NCBI GenBank assembly: GCA_013265495.1
Contig: MU058423.1
Location: 1,253,061-1,317,060 of the forward strand
Source of the DNA: Vicugna vicugna
Lineage: Eukaryota
Reading direction: 5' to 3'
Length of the DNA: 64,000 nucleotides
The notes beneath the pieces were generated by a model, which saw nothing but the letters and a program-made list of their open reading frames with translations, searched no databases and was not told where the DNA came from. The stretch's first letter is position 1. Each line of letters opens with the position of its first letter. Below are positions 28,301 to 41,100 of this stretch, one piece after another. Position numbers and translations under genes: made by a program.

Positions 28301-30449
28301 TCTCCATTTCTTGAACTGGGTACTGCTGAAACCGGAGTTCACCTTGCATATTTCATTAATCTGTTCAGTTATGATTTAGACCTTTTTCAGTATGGGTAAA
28401 TAAACAAATAAAATAGATTATTTTTAAAAACCTGGCAACCCTATAGGAAGCACATTAACATTATTTACTCACTTCTTTTCAAGAGTAGCATAACCACACC
28501 CACTTCCCTTTTTTTAAGATTTCAGTGGTTTGTAATTTATCGAGTATTATCATTATTTTAACTAAAGATATTTACCTTTTCTCCCTTATCAGAAAGCAGT
28601 AAGTCCAGAGTGTTATTAATTCTCTTAACATTAGTTTTTGTTCTGGTGTCCATGTATAACGCTGCTCTTTTATTTTCCTAAACTGCTTATATGAAACAAC
28701 ATTTAACCTTCTCTCTTAATTCTAGGCTTACTCATTAGCCATTATATGGTGCAAAAAACTGACTACCTTATTCTTCTAAAGTAGTTGTATCTGAGCATTT
28801 ATATACTATAATACATATTTATTAGGAAGTATTTTTCTCCTTTACAATTATAGCATTAAATTGTTCGTGAAATTATGTGTGGTAGGTTATGTTATCCATG
28901 AAGTTAATCTTAGGATAATGAAAAGAGTGTTATGAAGTAATTTGTTACTGAAAGCAGGACTTGGGTCGAAACAGAATTGAGAACCCCTAATCAAGATAAT
29001 AGAGATTCAGCTGGAGGATGGATGTCTTGAGAAGGAAGATAGGAGCGAATAATATACTTTTTAAATCCCACTTTCCTGGGACTTTCTTAAATACTCTACC
29101 ACCTCTTTCATCTGATGGTAGAGGAATGAAACAGGCTCTGAAGCTCCCCAGAACTGGTTTCTAATAGGTACTGGTCTGTTGTTTACTAGCTATATGACCT
29201 TGTGAAATTTACTTAAACTCCCTAAACCTTGATTCATCTATAATATAGCACTAATCATTTCTTGCCTCTTAGGGTTGCCATGAGGATCTAGGAGATAACA
29301 TAGGACAGATCTTGCACAGCTAGTGACTAACCTGTAATTCCATTTAATAAACGTTAATACACTCTCAATCTACGGCCTCCATGCCCAGGGCTATAGCTAA
29401 CTCCAAGGGTACCTTTGTGCAATTTTTAAAATGGTGCCCTTTCATCTGAATGGGTACCACTCAAGGCTCATGACTTGGTGAGTGGAACACTGCTCCCATC
29501 TCTGCTGGGAGAGATGTGCTTACCCCACCTCTTTCCAATTAGACTCCAATACTGAAGGAATGAGTTTTCATACATGACCTAGGGTCTAAGTATACGATTA
29601 CCAGCATGAAAGTCCCAAAGGAATGGCTGAGTGATGATGGCATAGTTTTGTTTCCGTTCATGTTCCTGGGTGGACCAGATGGCATGGACTTTGAAGATCT
29701 CGGAGAAACTCTGGACCAGAGCTCCTCATCAGAGGGACTTTTAAAAACCCTGACTCTCTCAAGTGTTGTCTCCATGAGTCACCACTCTTATAAGCAGACT
29801 TTTTAAGAAACTGAAGGGTGTAACTCAGACTGGCTGCTGAGCAACAGCCCCACCCTTGAAGTCCCTCTTTAAGTCATTGTGACTTTGCTTTCTACAAGGC
29901 ACCATTATGGTGCAGAGGGAGACATAAAGGCCCAAGTTTGAAAATGAGCTCTGCTAATTATTAACTACATGATCCTGGGCAAGTTTTCCTCACAAGATCT
30001 CAGCTTCTTCACCGGTAACACAGGGGCAATATTCACCATGCAAGAGATAACCTATATAAAGTGCCTCATCTAATGTTTGGCTTACTCAACTTGTTTGCCA
30101 CCTCCTTTCTTGCCCTCATTGATTTATTCATTCAATGGGTACTTTTTAAACTCTTGCAATTTGCCACATACTGCTCTAGGCAATAGGAATGTAGCAGTGA
30201 ACAGAAATTCTTGCCTCACAGAAGTTAATTCTACTGGAGGAGGCAGACAATAAAAAATGATAAATACATAAAATGTATAGTATGTCAAGTATTAATAAGT
30301 GCCAAGGAAAGACAAAGGAATCATAGACAAGGAAGGGAAAAGGGAATTTCATGGCTAGGAATGGCCTCACTCTCAAATTAACCTTTTTAAGTTGTGAGTT
30401 TGTTACCGAATTCCAAGAAGCTACAGTTATTTTACTGCTTTTCTCCACT

Positions 30450-32350
30450 TTAATCTTTATGCTATAAGTAAATGTTTAATAACCTATTCTGCTATGGAGT
30501 TGAATTTTTCTGATTCTCTCTGTTTATCACCTTACTTAAAGTTTTGTGTAATTTTACCTTTTTGTTTGAGGTAGGAGAGTTGCTTTTGACATTTCTTGTA
30601 AGGCAGGTTGGGTGGTGCTGAACCTCTGAGGTTATGTTCATCTAGGAAAGCCTCTATTTCTCCTTCATATCTGAAGTCCAAATTTGCTGGATAGAATATT
30701 CTTGACTGACATTTTTTAATCTTTCAATATTATGAGTATATCATCTCACTTTCTACTTGGCTGTAGAGTTTCTGCTGAGAAATCTACTAGGCTAATGGGA
30801 TTCCTTTGTAGGTAACTATCTTTATTCCCCTTGGATGCCATTAAATTCTTTATTTGTCATTGACTTTTGACAGCTTTAATGTAATGTGTTCTGGAGTAAG
30901 TCTTTCTGCATTGAGATAATTAGGTGTTCTCTTAGCTTTGTGAACTTGTGTATCCAGTTCCTTCCCAGGTTTGGGAAGTTACCAGCTATTATTTTTAAAA
31001 ATAAACTCTCTGCTCCCTTCTCCCTCTCTTCTCCTTTTGAGATACCCGTTAGCCTTATGTTGCCTTTCTGAATGGAGCTGGATAATCCTCATAGAATTTC
31101 TTTATTTAAAAAAATATGACTTTTCTTCTCTCTTCTACCTGAATCACGTCTAGGTTCCTGTGTTTGAGCTTGCCAGTCCTCTCTTCCATATAGTTTGCTT
31201 CATTTCCAGTGCTTCCTAATGCCTTCTTCATCTCATTTATTAAGTTCTTCAGCTCCATAATTTCTGTTTGGTTTTTCTTTAGAGTTTCAATTTCTTTGGT
31301 AAAGTATTCCTTCTGTTCATTAATTTTATTCCTGAGCTCATTGAACTGCCTTTCTGAGTATTCTTGAAGCTCACTGAGTTTCTTCATGACATTATTTTAA
31401 ATTTTAAATTCTCTATCAGACCACAATCTTTCATGACCTTAAGTTTGGTTTCTTGAGAATTGCCATCTTTTTGTGATACCATATTGCCATAGTTTTGTCA
31501 TGATGTTTAATGAGTTGTTCCTCTGCTAGCACTTTTGACGTAGCAAACACCTTTTTTATTTAGGCAAAGCTTTTTCACTTTGATTCTAACAATTCAACAA
31601 GTTGGTTATTAGAGGTCTTTTTTTTTTTCACTAGGAAGTGAGGCACAAGTTTTGGCTTCTCTTACCTGAGTTGCCTCTGACTATATTTGAAAACTGACTT
31701 TCCAGCCTCTACTGCCTCTGCCAGAGGTCTCACTGGTGCACTTATCATTGATGCTTGTGCCTCCAGGATCTCTAGTGTCTTGCTGCAGCCAGTTTTGGTG
31801 CTGTCACTGGTGTTACTGCTGGGGCATCAGGATGGTGGGCATCTCCACTGTGTCTGGGGTCACCTGGATGGCAGGTACCACCACCACAGCAGAGGCAGAG
31901 GGAGGGTAGGGTGGGAACAGGGGTCGTGGGTGCCTTCGCCACATCTGAGGTTGTCAGGTGTAGGAGTGCCAGAGTCCAGGTGCCACCATAGCTGGAGGGA
32001 CAAAGGTCATGGGCCTTGCTACTGCTGAAGCCTGGTTCCCTGTGTCTGCGGATGCTGCTGCAGTCAGGAGCCCAGATTCGCGTGTGCTGCCTCCTCTGTT
32101 ACCGCTGGGTCCTCTGGGACTGCTGGCTCAGCCGCTGTGGCCAGGGAGCCAGGATTGCAGATACTGCCTTTGCTGTTCCCCTGATTCCACTTTCTCTATT
32201 TGTTCCAATTAACTTATCTTCAGATTATAGATGTGTGATCTCTCCATCATCCTTGCACAGAGGAAACTTCATTGAGTTATGAATGTTTTCTAGTTGTAGA
32301 TTGAAGAGGAGAGACAAAGATAATAACTCATGCTAGCATGATATTGACCT
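30450..32350 (-). mobile_element. LINE-1 5'UTR + ORF1 fragment
   Basis: ORF1 coiled-coil remnant MKKLSELQEYSERQFNELRNKINEQKEYFTKEIETLKKNQTEIMELKN (31106-31387); GC-richer 5'UTR to the right. Confidence 0.8.
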
Positions 32351-32564
32351 CACCACAATCTTCTTTTCTTTAACATGTCTTTTTCATTTCTACTTCAAGG
32401 ACTCTGTCTGAAATGCACTTTTACCAGATCTCAAAATGACTGGTTTTTCTCTAATATCAAGGCCCATCTCATATGGAATCTCTCCAGAGAGGCCTTCCTG
32501 AACTGACCAAACTAAAGTAGGCTCCTCCCTTGGTCACTTTCTATCACTGTTTCACTTTCCTGAT

Positions 32565-32636
32565 TTCTTTCTCTTTTCTTTTCCTTCCTTCCTTCCTTCT
32601 TTTCTCCCTTCCTTCCTTCCTTTCTTTCTTCCTTCC
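32565..32636 (+). repeat. (TTCC)n-like simple repeat
   Basis: Direct reading; lies in an L2-like fragment. Confidence 0.85.
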
Positions 32637-33462
32637 TATGTTTTCTATTTATTGTCAAACACTCCCATCAGCAAAATAAAATCCCCAGAAGGATGAGGTC
32701 TTTATTCTATTTACTACTATGTCTTTGGTACTTAGAACACTATCTGGTGCATAATAAATAACCAGGAAGTGTTTGGGGGTCCTGAATGAGCAGATATTAC
32801 CCAGAAAGCTGCATGTGCCTCACCATTACCACCAGTGCTGCCATCTACCATGAGAACACTGAGGTCTGTGCTCAAGGAGGCAGTAAATCATAGTAGTTAG
32901 GACTGTGAGCTCTTTTGGATCTGGCTTTGCAACTTGTTAGCTGTGTGATGTTTGACAGGTTATTTAGTTTCTTGGAATTAATGTTATTGTCCTCATAAAG
33001 TTGCTGGGAGAATGAAATAATAAAATATACATAAAACACTTAGAACAGGGTTTGACCTACAGTAAGCATTACAGAAAAAAATTAGGAGCCATTATATTCT
33101 TATTATATTAGGTAGGATTTCTTTTAGTTGCAAATAAAAGAAGCAAACTTATACCAGCTTATGTAGCAAACAGGAATTTATTATATAGTCATAAGGGTGT
33201 CTCACAGAACCCAAAGGCAAAAATGCATCAGGGCCTCAGGAAAGAGCTAGAGTCAACAGTTGAAAAGCCATTGATATGTGTTTTCTCTCCATCTCTCCTC
33301 ATGGCTTTTCTCTGCATCTCCCCTTTAGTCTTTTTGTTCTGCATCCAGGGCAACTTTCCCCTCTGCCATTCCACTCCCATACATAGCCTGTATTTTCACA
33401 TCTAGAAAGGTTTCCACCCGAATCACTTAAAACCAAGGATACTCATGTTTTGACTGATGGAT

Positions 33463-33468
33463 TTTATT
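33463..33468 (-). terminator. CHIA polyadenylation signal AATAAA
   Basis: tttatt on +, ~80 nt downstream of the TAA stop. Confidence 0.8.
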
Positions 33469-33548
33469 GCAGAACTCTGGGTAGGGGCAAGGTGTGCTAA
33501 GCAAAGGAGACTATTCAGAACCCTAGGGAATGGAGACACGGGTCAGGT

Positions 33549-35142
33549 TTATGCCCAGTTGCAGCACTCACAGCTGGTATCAAAGACAAGCCCCGCCTGG
33601 CAATTCTTCCTATATGTGATTCCATTTGCACAGTGCCAGAAGGCATTTCTGTTATTCGCCACAGGGTAGAGGCCATCGGCTTTGCCAGCACAGAATCCGC
33701 TGCTGCCAGAGCTATCTCCAGAACTGCTGCTCCCAGTCCCGCTTTCACTCCCACTTCCGCTCTCACTTCCACTTCCGCTTCCGCTCCTGCCGTTGGGCTT
33801 ACTGGGCTGAGCCGAGGCTGTGCGACCTGAAACAGTGCAAAGAGTAGGCTAGTGGACCTGGCAGAGGCTCCCACATTCACTTAGAGATGAAGAACTAGCA
33901 GACCTGGGGTGATGTCTGGAGGTGGAGTTCAGTTAGCTCTAGGTCCCTACAGCTGAGGAGCTTACAAGAAACTCCATACTTAAGGAATTAGGAAAAGCTG
34001 TAATTTCAAGCCAGCCTACTTTTTAAAATTTTTTTTTAACATTTTAATTGATTTATAATCATTTTACAATGTTGTGTGAAATTCCCGTGTAGAGCACAAT
34101 TTTTCAGTTATACATGAACATATATATATTCGTTGTCACATTTTTTTTTCTGTGAGCTACCATAAGATCTTGTATATATTTCCCTGTGCTATACAGTATA
34201 ATCGTGTTTATCTATTCTACTATTTTGAAATCCCATCTATCCCTTCCCCCCCTCTGCCCCCTTGGCAACCCCAAATTTTTATTCTATGTCTATTAGTCTG
34301 TTTTTGTTTTGTATTTATGCTTTGTTTGTTTTTTTTTTTAAATTCCACATATGAGCAATCTCATATGGTATTTTTCTTTCTCTTTCTGGCTTACTTCTCT
34401 TAGAATGACATTCTCCAGGAGCATCCATGTTGCTGCAAATGGTGTTATGTTGTCAGTTTTTATGGCTGAATAGTATTCCATTGTATAAATATACCAGTCA
34501 TCTGTTGATGGACATTTAGGCTGTCTCCATGTCTTGGCTATTGTAAATAGTGCTGCTATGAATATTGGGGTGCAAGTGTCATCCTGAAGTAGGAGTCCTT
34601 CTGAATATATGCCCTGGAGCGGGATTCCTGGGTCATATGGTAAGTCTATTCCTAGTCTTTTGAGGAATCTCCATACTGTTTTTCACAGTGGCTGCACCAA
34701 ACTGCATTCCCACTAGCAGTGTAGGAGGGTTCCCCTTTCTCCACAGCCTCTCCAGCATTTGTCATTTGTGGATTTTTGAATGATAAAGCCAGCCTAGTTT
34801 TAAATTTAAAAAAGTTCTCTCTTCTTTTATGATGTTAAAAAGTCATTTTAAAAAATTTACTAAGCACTCAATATACACAAAATGCTTTTCTAGGATCTGG
34901 GTATAAGTGGTGAGCAAATAAGCTCTAAGAGAAAATCTGGACAAAATTTAGGGAGTCGGTGCTTTCCCTGAATTACAGATTAGAAATATGTGCACACTCC
35001 AGAGGGTTTCTTGTTTAATCTCCCCAGGTGGGCTGAAAGAGACTTTTAATATGGGGTTTGTGGGGTGGGGGAGGGTATACCTCAATGATAGAGCACATGC
35101 TTAGCATGCACGTGGTCCTAGGTTCAATCCCCAGTGCCTCCA

Positions 35143-35174
<32 letters not shown>

Positions 35175-38100
35175 ACCTAATTACTTCCCCCCCACCAAAA
35201 AAAAAAAGTTTAAAAAATACTGGAAACTCAAAGGGGTTTGTAGAAAAGTAAATGCTTATATAGAAAGCCAACCAAATTTCCTGAGTCCTCTTCACACCTT
35301 AGAGACTTAGCAGACCTGGAAAACCCACTGAGTAGGCCTGGTTTCTAGTAAGAGTGTAAACTTCCTAATGTAGACATTCAAGGGTAGGGATAGAATGTAG
35401 CACCTCTCTCTCAGCCAGGCAGAAGCAGTGAGGTGAAACAGGAAGAGACTAGGGGACGAGGGCCAGGATGGGGGCAGGTGATAGTGATGGGAAGATGTTA
35501 GATTGTCTTTTGAGTTGAAGAAGGAGCATTTTTATACCCTATTCATCCTCCTGCTGTCACTTACTTGTAGTGTTCAGGCCAAGAGCATCCTTCAAGGCGT
35601 TGATCAGAGGGAACTTGCCCTGGTTGCAGAAAGTGCCTGTGAAATCATCCAGGTCAATGGCCCAGACCATGGCACCTCCGAAATTGTTCAGCTTAAGCCA
35701 CTGAGCCTGTTTAAGGATAGAAGACACCAGGAGTCATTTAATTGCTTTACTCAGGGCTGAACCTACAGCACATTGGAGGGTTTGACCTTACCTTGATTTT
35801 GAAGCTCTCTTCATTGTCATAGCCAACCCATTCATTGCCCTTATAGGCATAGGGCACATCCTGCGGGGCATCCCATGCCTGAGTAGCTCCGTTTTGCAGG
35901 AAGGTACAGATCTTTAAAAAGTCAAGAGGTTCAAATCCTTTAAATATAACTCCCATGAAAGAGAAAATATATACTTTCTTCTCTGATTTTTTTTTCCTGT
36001 CATGTCTCTAATTGGGTTTTCCTCAAATTTCTAATTATGGGTTTTTATTTCACAGTAAATAAGATCAAGTTACTTTTGAAGTACTCAGATGTTATCTTTA
36101 TTCTTAGTGCTTGATTTTGGGAACCCATGCTAATATGGTACATAGTTATTTTATTCCCTTATGTGCTAATATAAATGACCTTAAGTATGTAGTCTGTTGT
36201 TTGAGGGGGTGCTGCACAGTATAAATGTTCTTCATTGTGGAGTAGGTAAATGAATAGGTTACTTAAACACCTGACACATTTGAAGTCATATCTGTGTTGA
36301 AGTAGGTAAGTAGTGAACAGAATCAATATTCAGGCTTTCTGTAGATTCTAGCCCTAAGGCTACTGCTTGGCACAGGGCATAAAATCCGCAGAATTTCAAT
36401 TGTACAGCACAGCCTACCTACCTCATAGTAGGCCCAGAACCCAGCCTGCCTGGTATAGGGTCCAGCAGAACCATCACCAGAAGTAGGGGCACCAATGCCA
36501 GTGCTGGAAGGATTGCTTAGGATGAAGGTACGCCCATAAGCAGGGAATCCAACGATGAGCTTCTCAGCTGGGGCCCCATTGTCCTTCCAGTAGTTCATGG
36601 CATAATCCTGCAATGGCAGTTGGTTACCTAGAAGCCCCACCAGTTGGTGACCCAGTGCTTAGTTATGCTAGTCCTGTGGCCTAACAGGTAAAATTGAATG
36701 ATACTAATGACAGATCAGTTAGTATTTTTTCAAAGCATTTTGGTGAAATTATAGTTAAGGAGATGTGATCAATCACTTAAAAGGAGAGTTATCCAAGTGA
36801 TATATTTGCAGAATTTATGTTTGTTTTGTCTCTGAATCTCCATGTGACTTACAACATCTCTGGTCTGCATCTGCATCTGGGGGGGACTCACCACATTGAG
36901 GTAGGCATTGCTGCCAGTGTCAGTTGGGTACTTGTGGAGGGGGCTGTTCTCCCCAGTGTAACCCTCCCAGGAGCCATGGAGGTCATAGGTCATGACATGG
37001 ATGTAGTCCAGGTACCTGAGGTGGGGTAAAGGGTTTGAAAACATTTCCGACAGTTATTTCCCACACTTGTGCAGGCAAAAGATACCACTTCCAAAGCTTC
37101 CTAAACAAAGTCCCTGAAGAGCAAGACAGACTAAGGACAAGTCTACCTTACAAAAGTGATATCTATCGTTTGAGGACAAGATGAGTCACTCACTGGGACA
37201 GCTGAGGGATCTCATAACCAGACTGGATGTTGGAGATACCAGCAGCTACTGCAGCAGTGACCAGCAGCCTGGGCTTGTTGGCTTGCTCAGCTTCCTGCTC
37301 GAAAGCTTCACGCATTTCCTGTAGAATAATCAAGTATAGCAGGGCGCCTACGAAACTGATTTCAGTTTCTTAAATAATAATAAATATATGTTTGTATACT
37401 GCTTCTTTTAAAATATGCTTTCACATATTTTATCTTACTTTAGTCTCTCAATATCCCCATGGGTAAGATTGATGGTATTAATCAAATGTGTAGCTAATGT
37501 GCATAGAAGTTAACGATTTCACGGAAGTCTCATCATAGTAAGTTAGCAGCCAGGTCATGACAAAAACCCAGGCCCCAGATGACCAGTCAGAGCTCCACTT
37601 ATATCACTATATTCTGAAGTTATAGTTGCTGCAGTAACCTATATCAGTTTTTAGCAATATAAAAATTCACTTCCCTTTGTCCAGTAGATGAGCTACTTTA
37701 TAGGCCTGACATCCCATCAAATGAAATGCTGAATTGGCCAGTGAGGAAGTTGGTAATAGTCAGGTGACAGATTCCCATTCAATGCTAGAGGTTAATCCAC
37801 ATTTATTTTGTGTGACTCCAATCTTACCAGAAGTATTGGACCCCGTTTTTATAACTGCATTATTAAGGTGTGCCAGGGGATGTTCCAGTGAAGAGTGGGT
37901 CTGAAAATTGTCATATGGATACTTGTTAAAGGAACTATTTAACTGGAAGAAGAAAAATTATAGGCAGGATATGGCTATCTTCAAATATTGAACCAATAGA
38001 TTGCAAAAGATGCAGTTTTATTCTTTGTTACTTGGGTGGACAGAACTAGAACCAATGACTGGAAGTTACAAATTATGACTAGAGGTATGTATTGATTAAG

Positions 38101-41100
38101 AATATAGATGTTCTTTCTGAATGCGAGGGCTTTCAACAAGTAAGTAGATTGACTTTTCAAGTAGTGTCTTACTTAATACTGAAAACTATTTGGAGACTGG
38201 CTGGCAATCTGGTATATGGGATGTTACAGAAAATAAACTCTTTCTTGGGGGAGAGTAAATCTAGAAGCTATCTTTGGATTTTCTCACTCCATTCACTTTT
38301 CCATAGTGATCTCTTAATCGTTTACCTTTGCTGATGACCTCAATACAGTATATCAAGTTATGTCCTTTGTCCTGAACTCCAGATTGGAATTCACCCAGTG
38401 TCTATTGGGCATTCCTGTATGATGTCCTACAGATTCCTCTCACTCATCATGTTCACAAGCAATTTATTGAGTCCTTCTTTTTGTTCCAAATATATCCTTC
38501 TTCCTGTATTTACCATCTTGATTCATAGGACCACAATCAAGCCAGTTCTCAAGGTCAGAAAACTGGCAGCTCTCTCTCTTTTCCACTTCCATGTGGTCTC
38601 CAAATCCTATTGATCTACCCTCCTAATATCTCTTGTAAAGTTCCTCTTTCTGTCCTCACTGTTAGAGTCTTCATTTGGGCTCTCAGCATCTCTTGCTTGA
38701 TGTATGGCAATAGCCTCCTTACTCTATCGCTGCCTCCCTGCTTCCTTCTAGTTCGTCCTCCATGGTTAAAGCCAGAGTGAGCCTTCTAAAACACAAGTTT
38801 GTCATATCTCTCCATTACCTGAAAATCCTTCAAAGTTGCCTTGAGAGTAAAGTCCAAACCCCTTAACATAATATATGAGTCCTACATGGTCTGATTCTTG
38901 TCACCTATGCAGCCTCATAATCCATCATTCACATACCTATGTCTTCATTTGTGCGGTTCCCATCTTCACTTAATTGGTTAACATCAGTTCCTTTCAAGAC
39001 TGAGCTCTTCTTGATCCTGCCCCAGAGCAGAATTAAGTATCCTCTCTTTGTGCTGCTTTTGCACTTGAATACCTCTATCATGGCATTTATTGAAGTGTAC
39101 TGTAATTGTTGATTATTTTTCAGGCTTCCACCTTAGATTGTGTGTTCATTAAAGCCAAAGATTGTGTCTTGTTCTCATCTCTAGCCTGATAATAAGCCAG
39201 TGTCTGGGACAGAGTCAGTGCTAGGTAGTAACAGGCAGTCTAGTATTAAAGTTAGAAGCAATGGGCTCTGTAGCCAGACTATATGGTGTGACATTAGGTA
39301 GGTTACTTAAACCCGCTATATCTTAGTTTTCTCATCTGTAAAATAAAGATTATGACACTTATGGTACCTATGTCACAGAGTAGATGTGAAGATGAAATGA
39401 GATATGATTTTTAAAACAGCTTGTAGAATTGTGCCTGGCACATGGTACACATAATATTGTTATTATTCTTATTAGATGCTGTTGAATGTAGGCATGATAT
39501 CTAAGGACTTTTGTGATGTAAAGATGCCATAATTCTAAACTCCAGCTTAGTTTCAATCTGGAGCTACCAGATTCTCCTTGGAAAGAAGAGTCTTTGAATT
39601 TCCTTGGGCTAAAGACTGCCACCTCCCTCCTCACCTGCACTAGGACAGTGAAGAGATGCCTGTCCTGAAGAGGGCTTCCACGAGAGCCAGGGTACTCCCA
39701 ATCAAAGTCCAGCCCGTCAAATCCATACTGACGCAGGAATTTGATGACTGAGGCAATGAAAGTCTGGCGGTTCTCCTGAGTGGAAACCATGGCAGTGAAA
39801 CTGAAGGGGATCCAAAGAAAGTAGGGTGAGGCCTTGGTTGTCCCAACACCTTGTAGTGAAATCAAACCCCTATATTACTTCCTCAGAGCTCTTCGCCAGG
39901 ACCACAGCCCAGAAAAAAGTATGTTTTTGGTTTTCTCCTGTCTTTACTTTGTAATCACTGCTGTGCCCAACCATGGTACCTCAATGTTCTCTTTATTTTG
40001 TTATCCACCTGACTCTAATGTTTTTCCTAAATTGCACTTGTTGCTTTAAACACCTGGCTCCGCTGGCTCACTGTGTTCTCTCTCCAAATAGTTGCCCAAG
40101 TTTGTACACCCTCGAGGATGTCTTCTTCTTTATTTGCATGACTTCCTTTTCTTTTTTCCCAGAAAGTAAATAGAGAGATGTCCTTTAACACTCTCCTCAG
40201 GAGTTTTGCTTTTGAAATACTTTAAGAAGAGATTGTTATAGATAGACGAGATTATACTGTATAGCACAGGGAAATATACACAAAATCTTATGGTAGCTCA
40301 CAGAGAAAAAAAGTGACAATGAGTGTGTAAATGTCTATGTATGACTGAAAAATTGTGCTGAACACTGAAATTTGACACAACATTGTAAAATGATTATAAA
40401 TCAATAAAAATGTTATTTAAAAAAAAGAAGAGGTTGTTTTAAAACCTCAGTAACTAAACCTCTGTGAGTGGGGTTCCAGAATATCCATCTAAATGTAAAC
40501 ACACAATAAACTGTGTTCTATTTAATATTCAGATTCTAGTGTAGCAATTTATTTAAGTAGCAGATCTGTTTAGTGTACATTCCTAATATCCTGACTTAGA
40601 TTGTGAAATCTGAAGGGACATAGGTCACATTGGGCTAATTTGTTTTCAGTATCAAACACCAGGCTCTCTCACAGGAGACTTACAGGGCAGTTCCAAAGTC
40701 CCAGCCTCCAATGGCCAGGAGAGTTTTCAGCTGGTTGTTCCTGTAAAGCGAAAGATGAAAAAGAGAACTTCAAAATCCATGAGTCCCTGTATTTAAAATA
40801 ACATTGCTTTGGTATTAGGCCTGGTCATAAACTTGGAGGTTGCTTTGATAGGATACTCTGTAGAACAATTTTCATTCACTACTGAAAACTTTCTTTGTAA
40901 AAAATATTGGTGTTAATATTATGAATCCACTTACAGTTTTTAGGGAAATCTAAATTATGGGACTGGGTTTTAAAAAAAAATAGGATTGTATTGGCAATTC
41001 TCACATTCTATTCCACCAGATGAAATGGTAAATATTGCTTGAGCACAGTTACTTTCTCAGATTCTGTGCTAATGAATAAATCAATTGGCTTAGAATCATG

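Noticed and set aside
33515..33880. 121-aa minus-strand ORF and two plus-strand ORFs over the CHIA last exon
   Set aside because: Alternative or antisense frames of the repetitive Ser-Gly linker; splice phase from exon 10 fixes the true CBM14 frame.
35066..35145. tRNA-like sequence with A and B boxes
   Set aside because: Followed by (TAAA)n, a conserved tail, poly(A) and a flanking repeat, so it is a SINE and not a tRNA gene.
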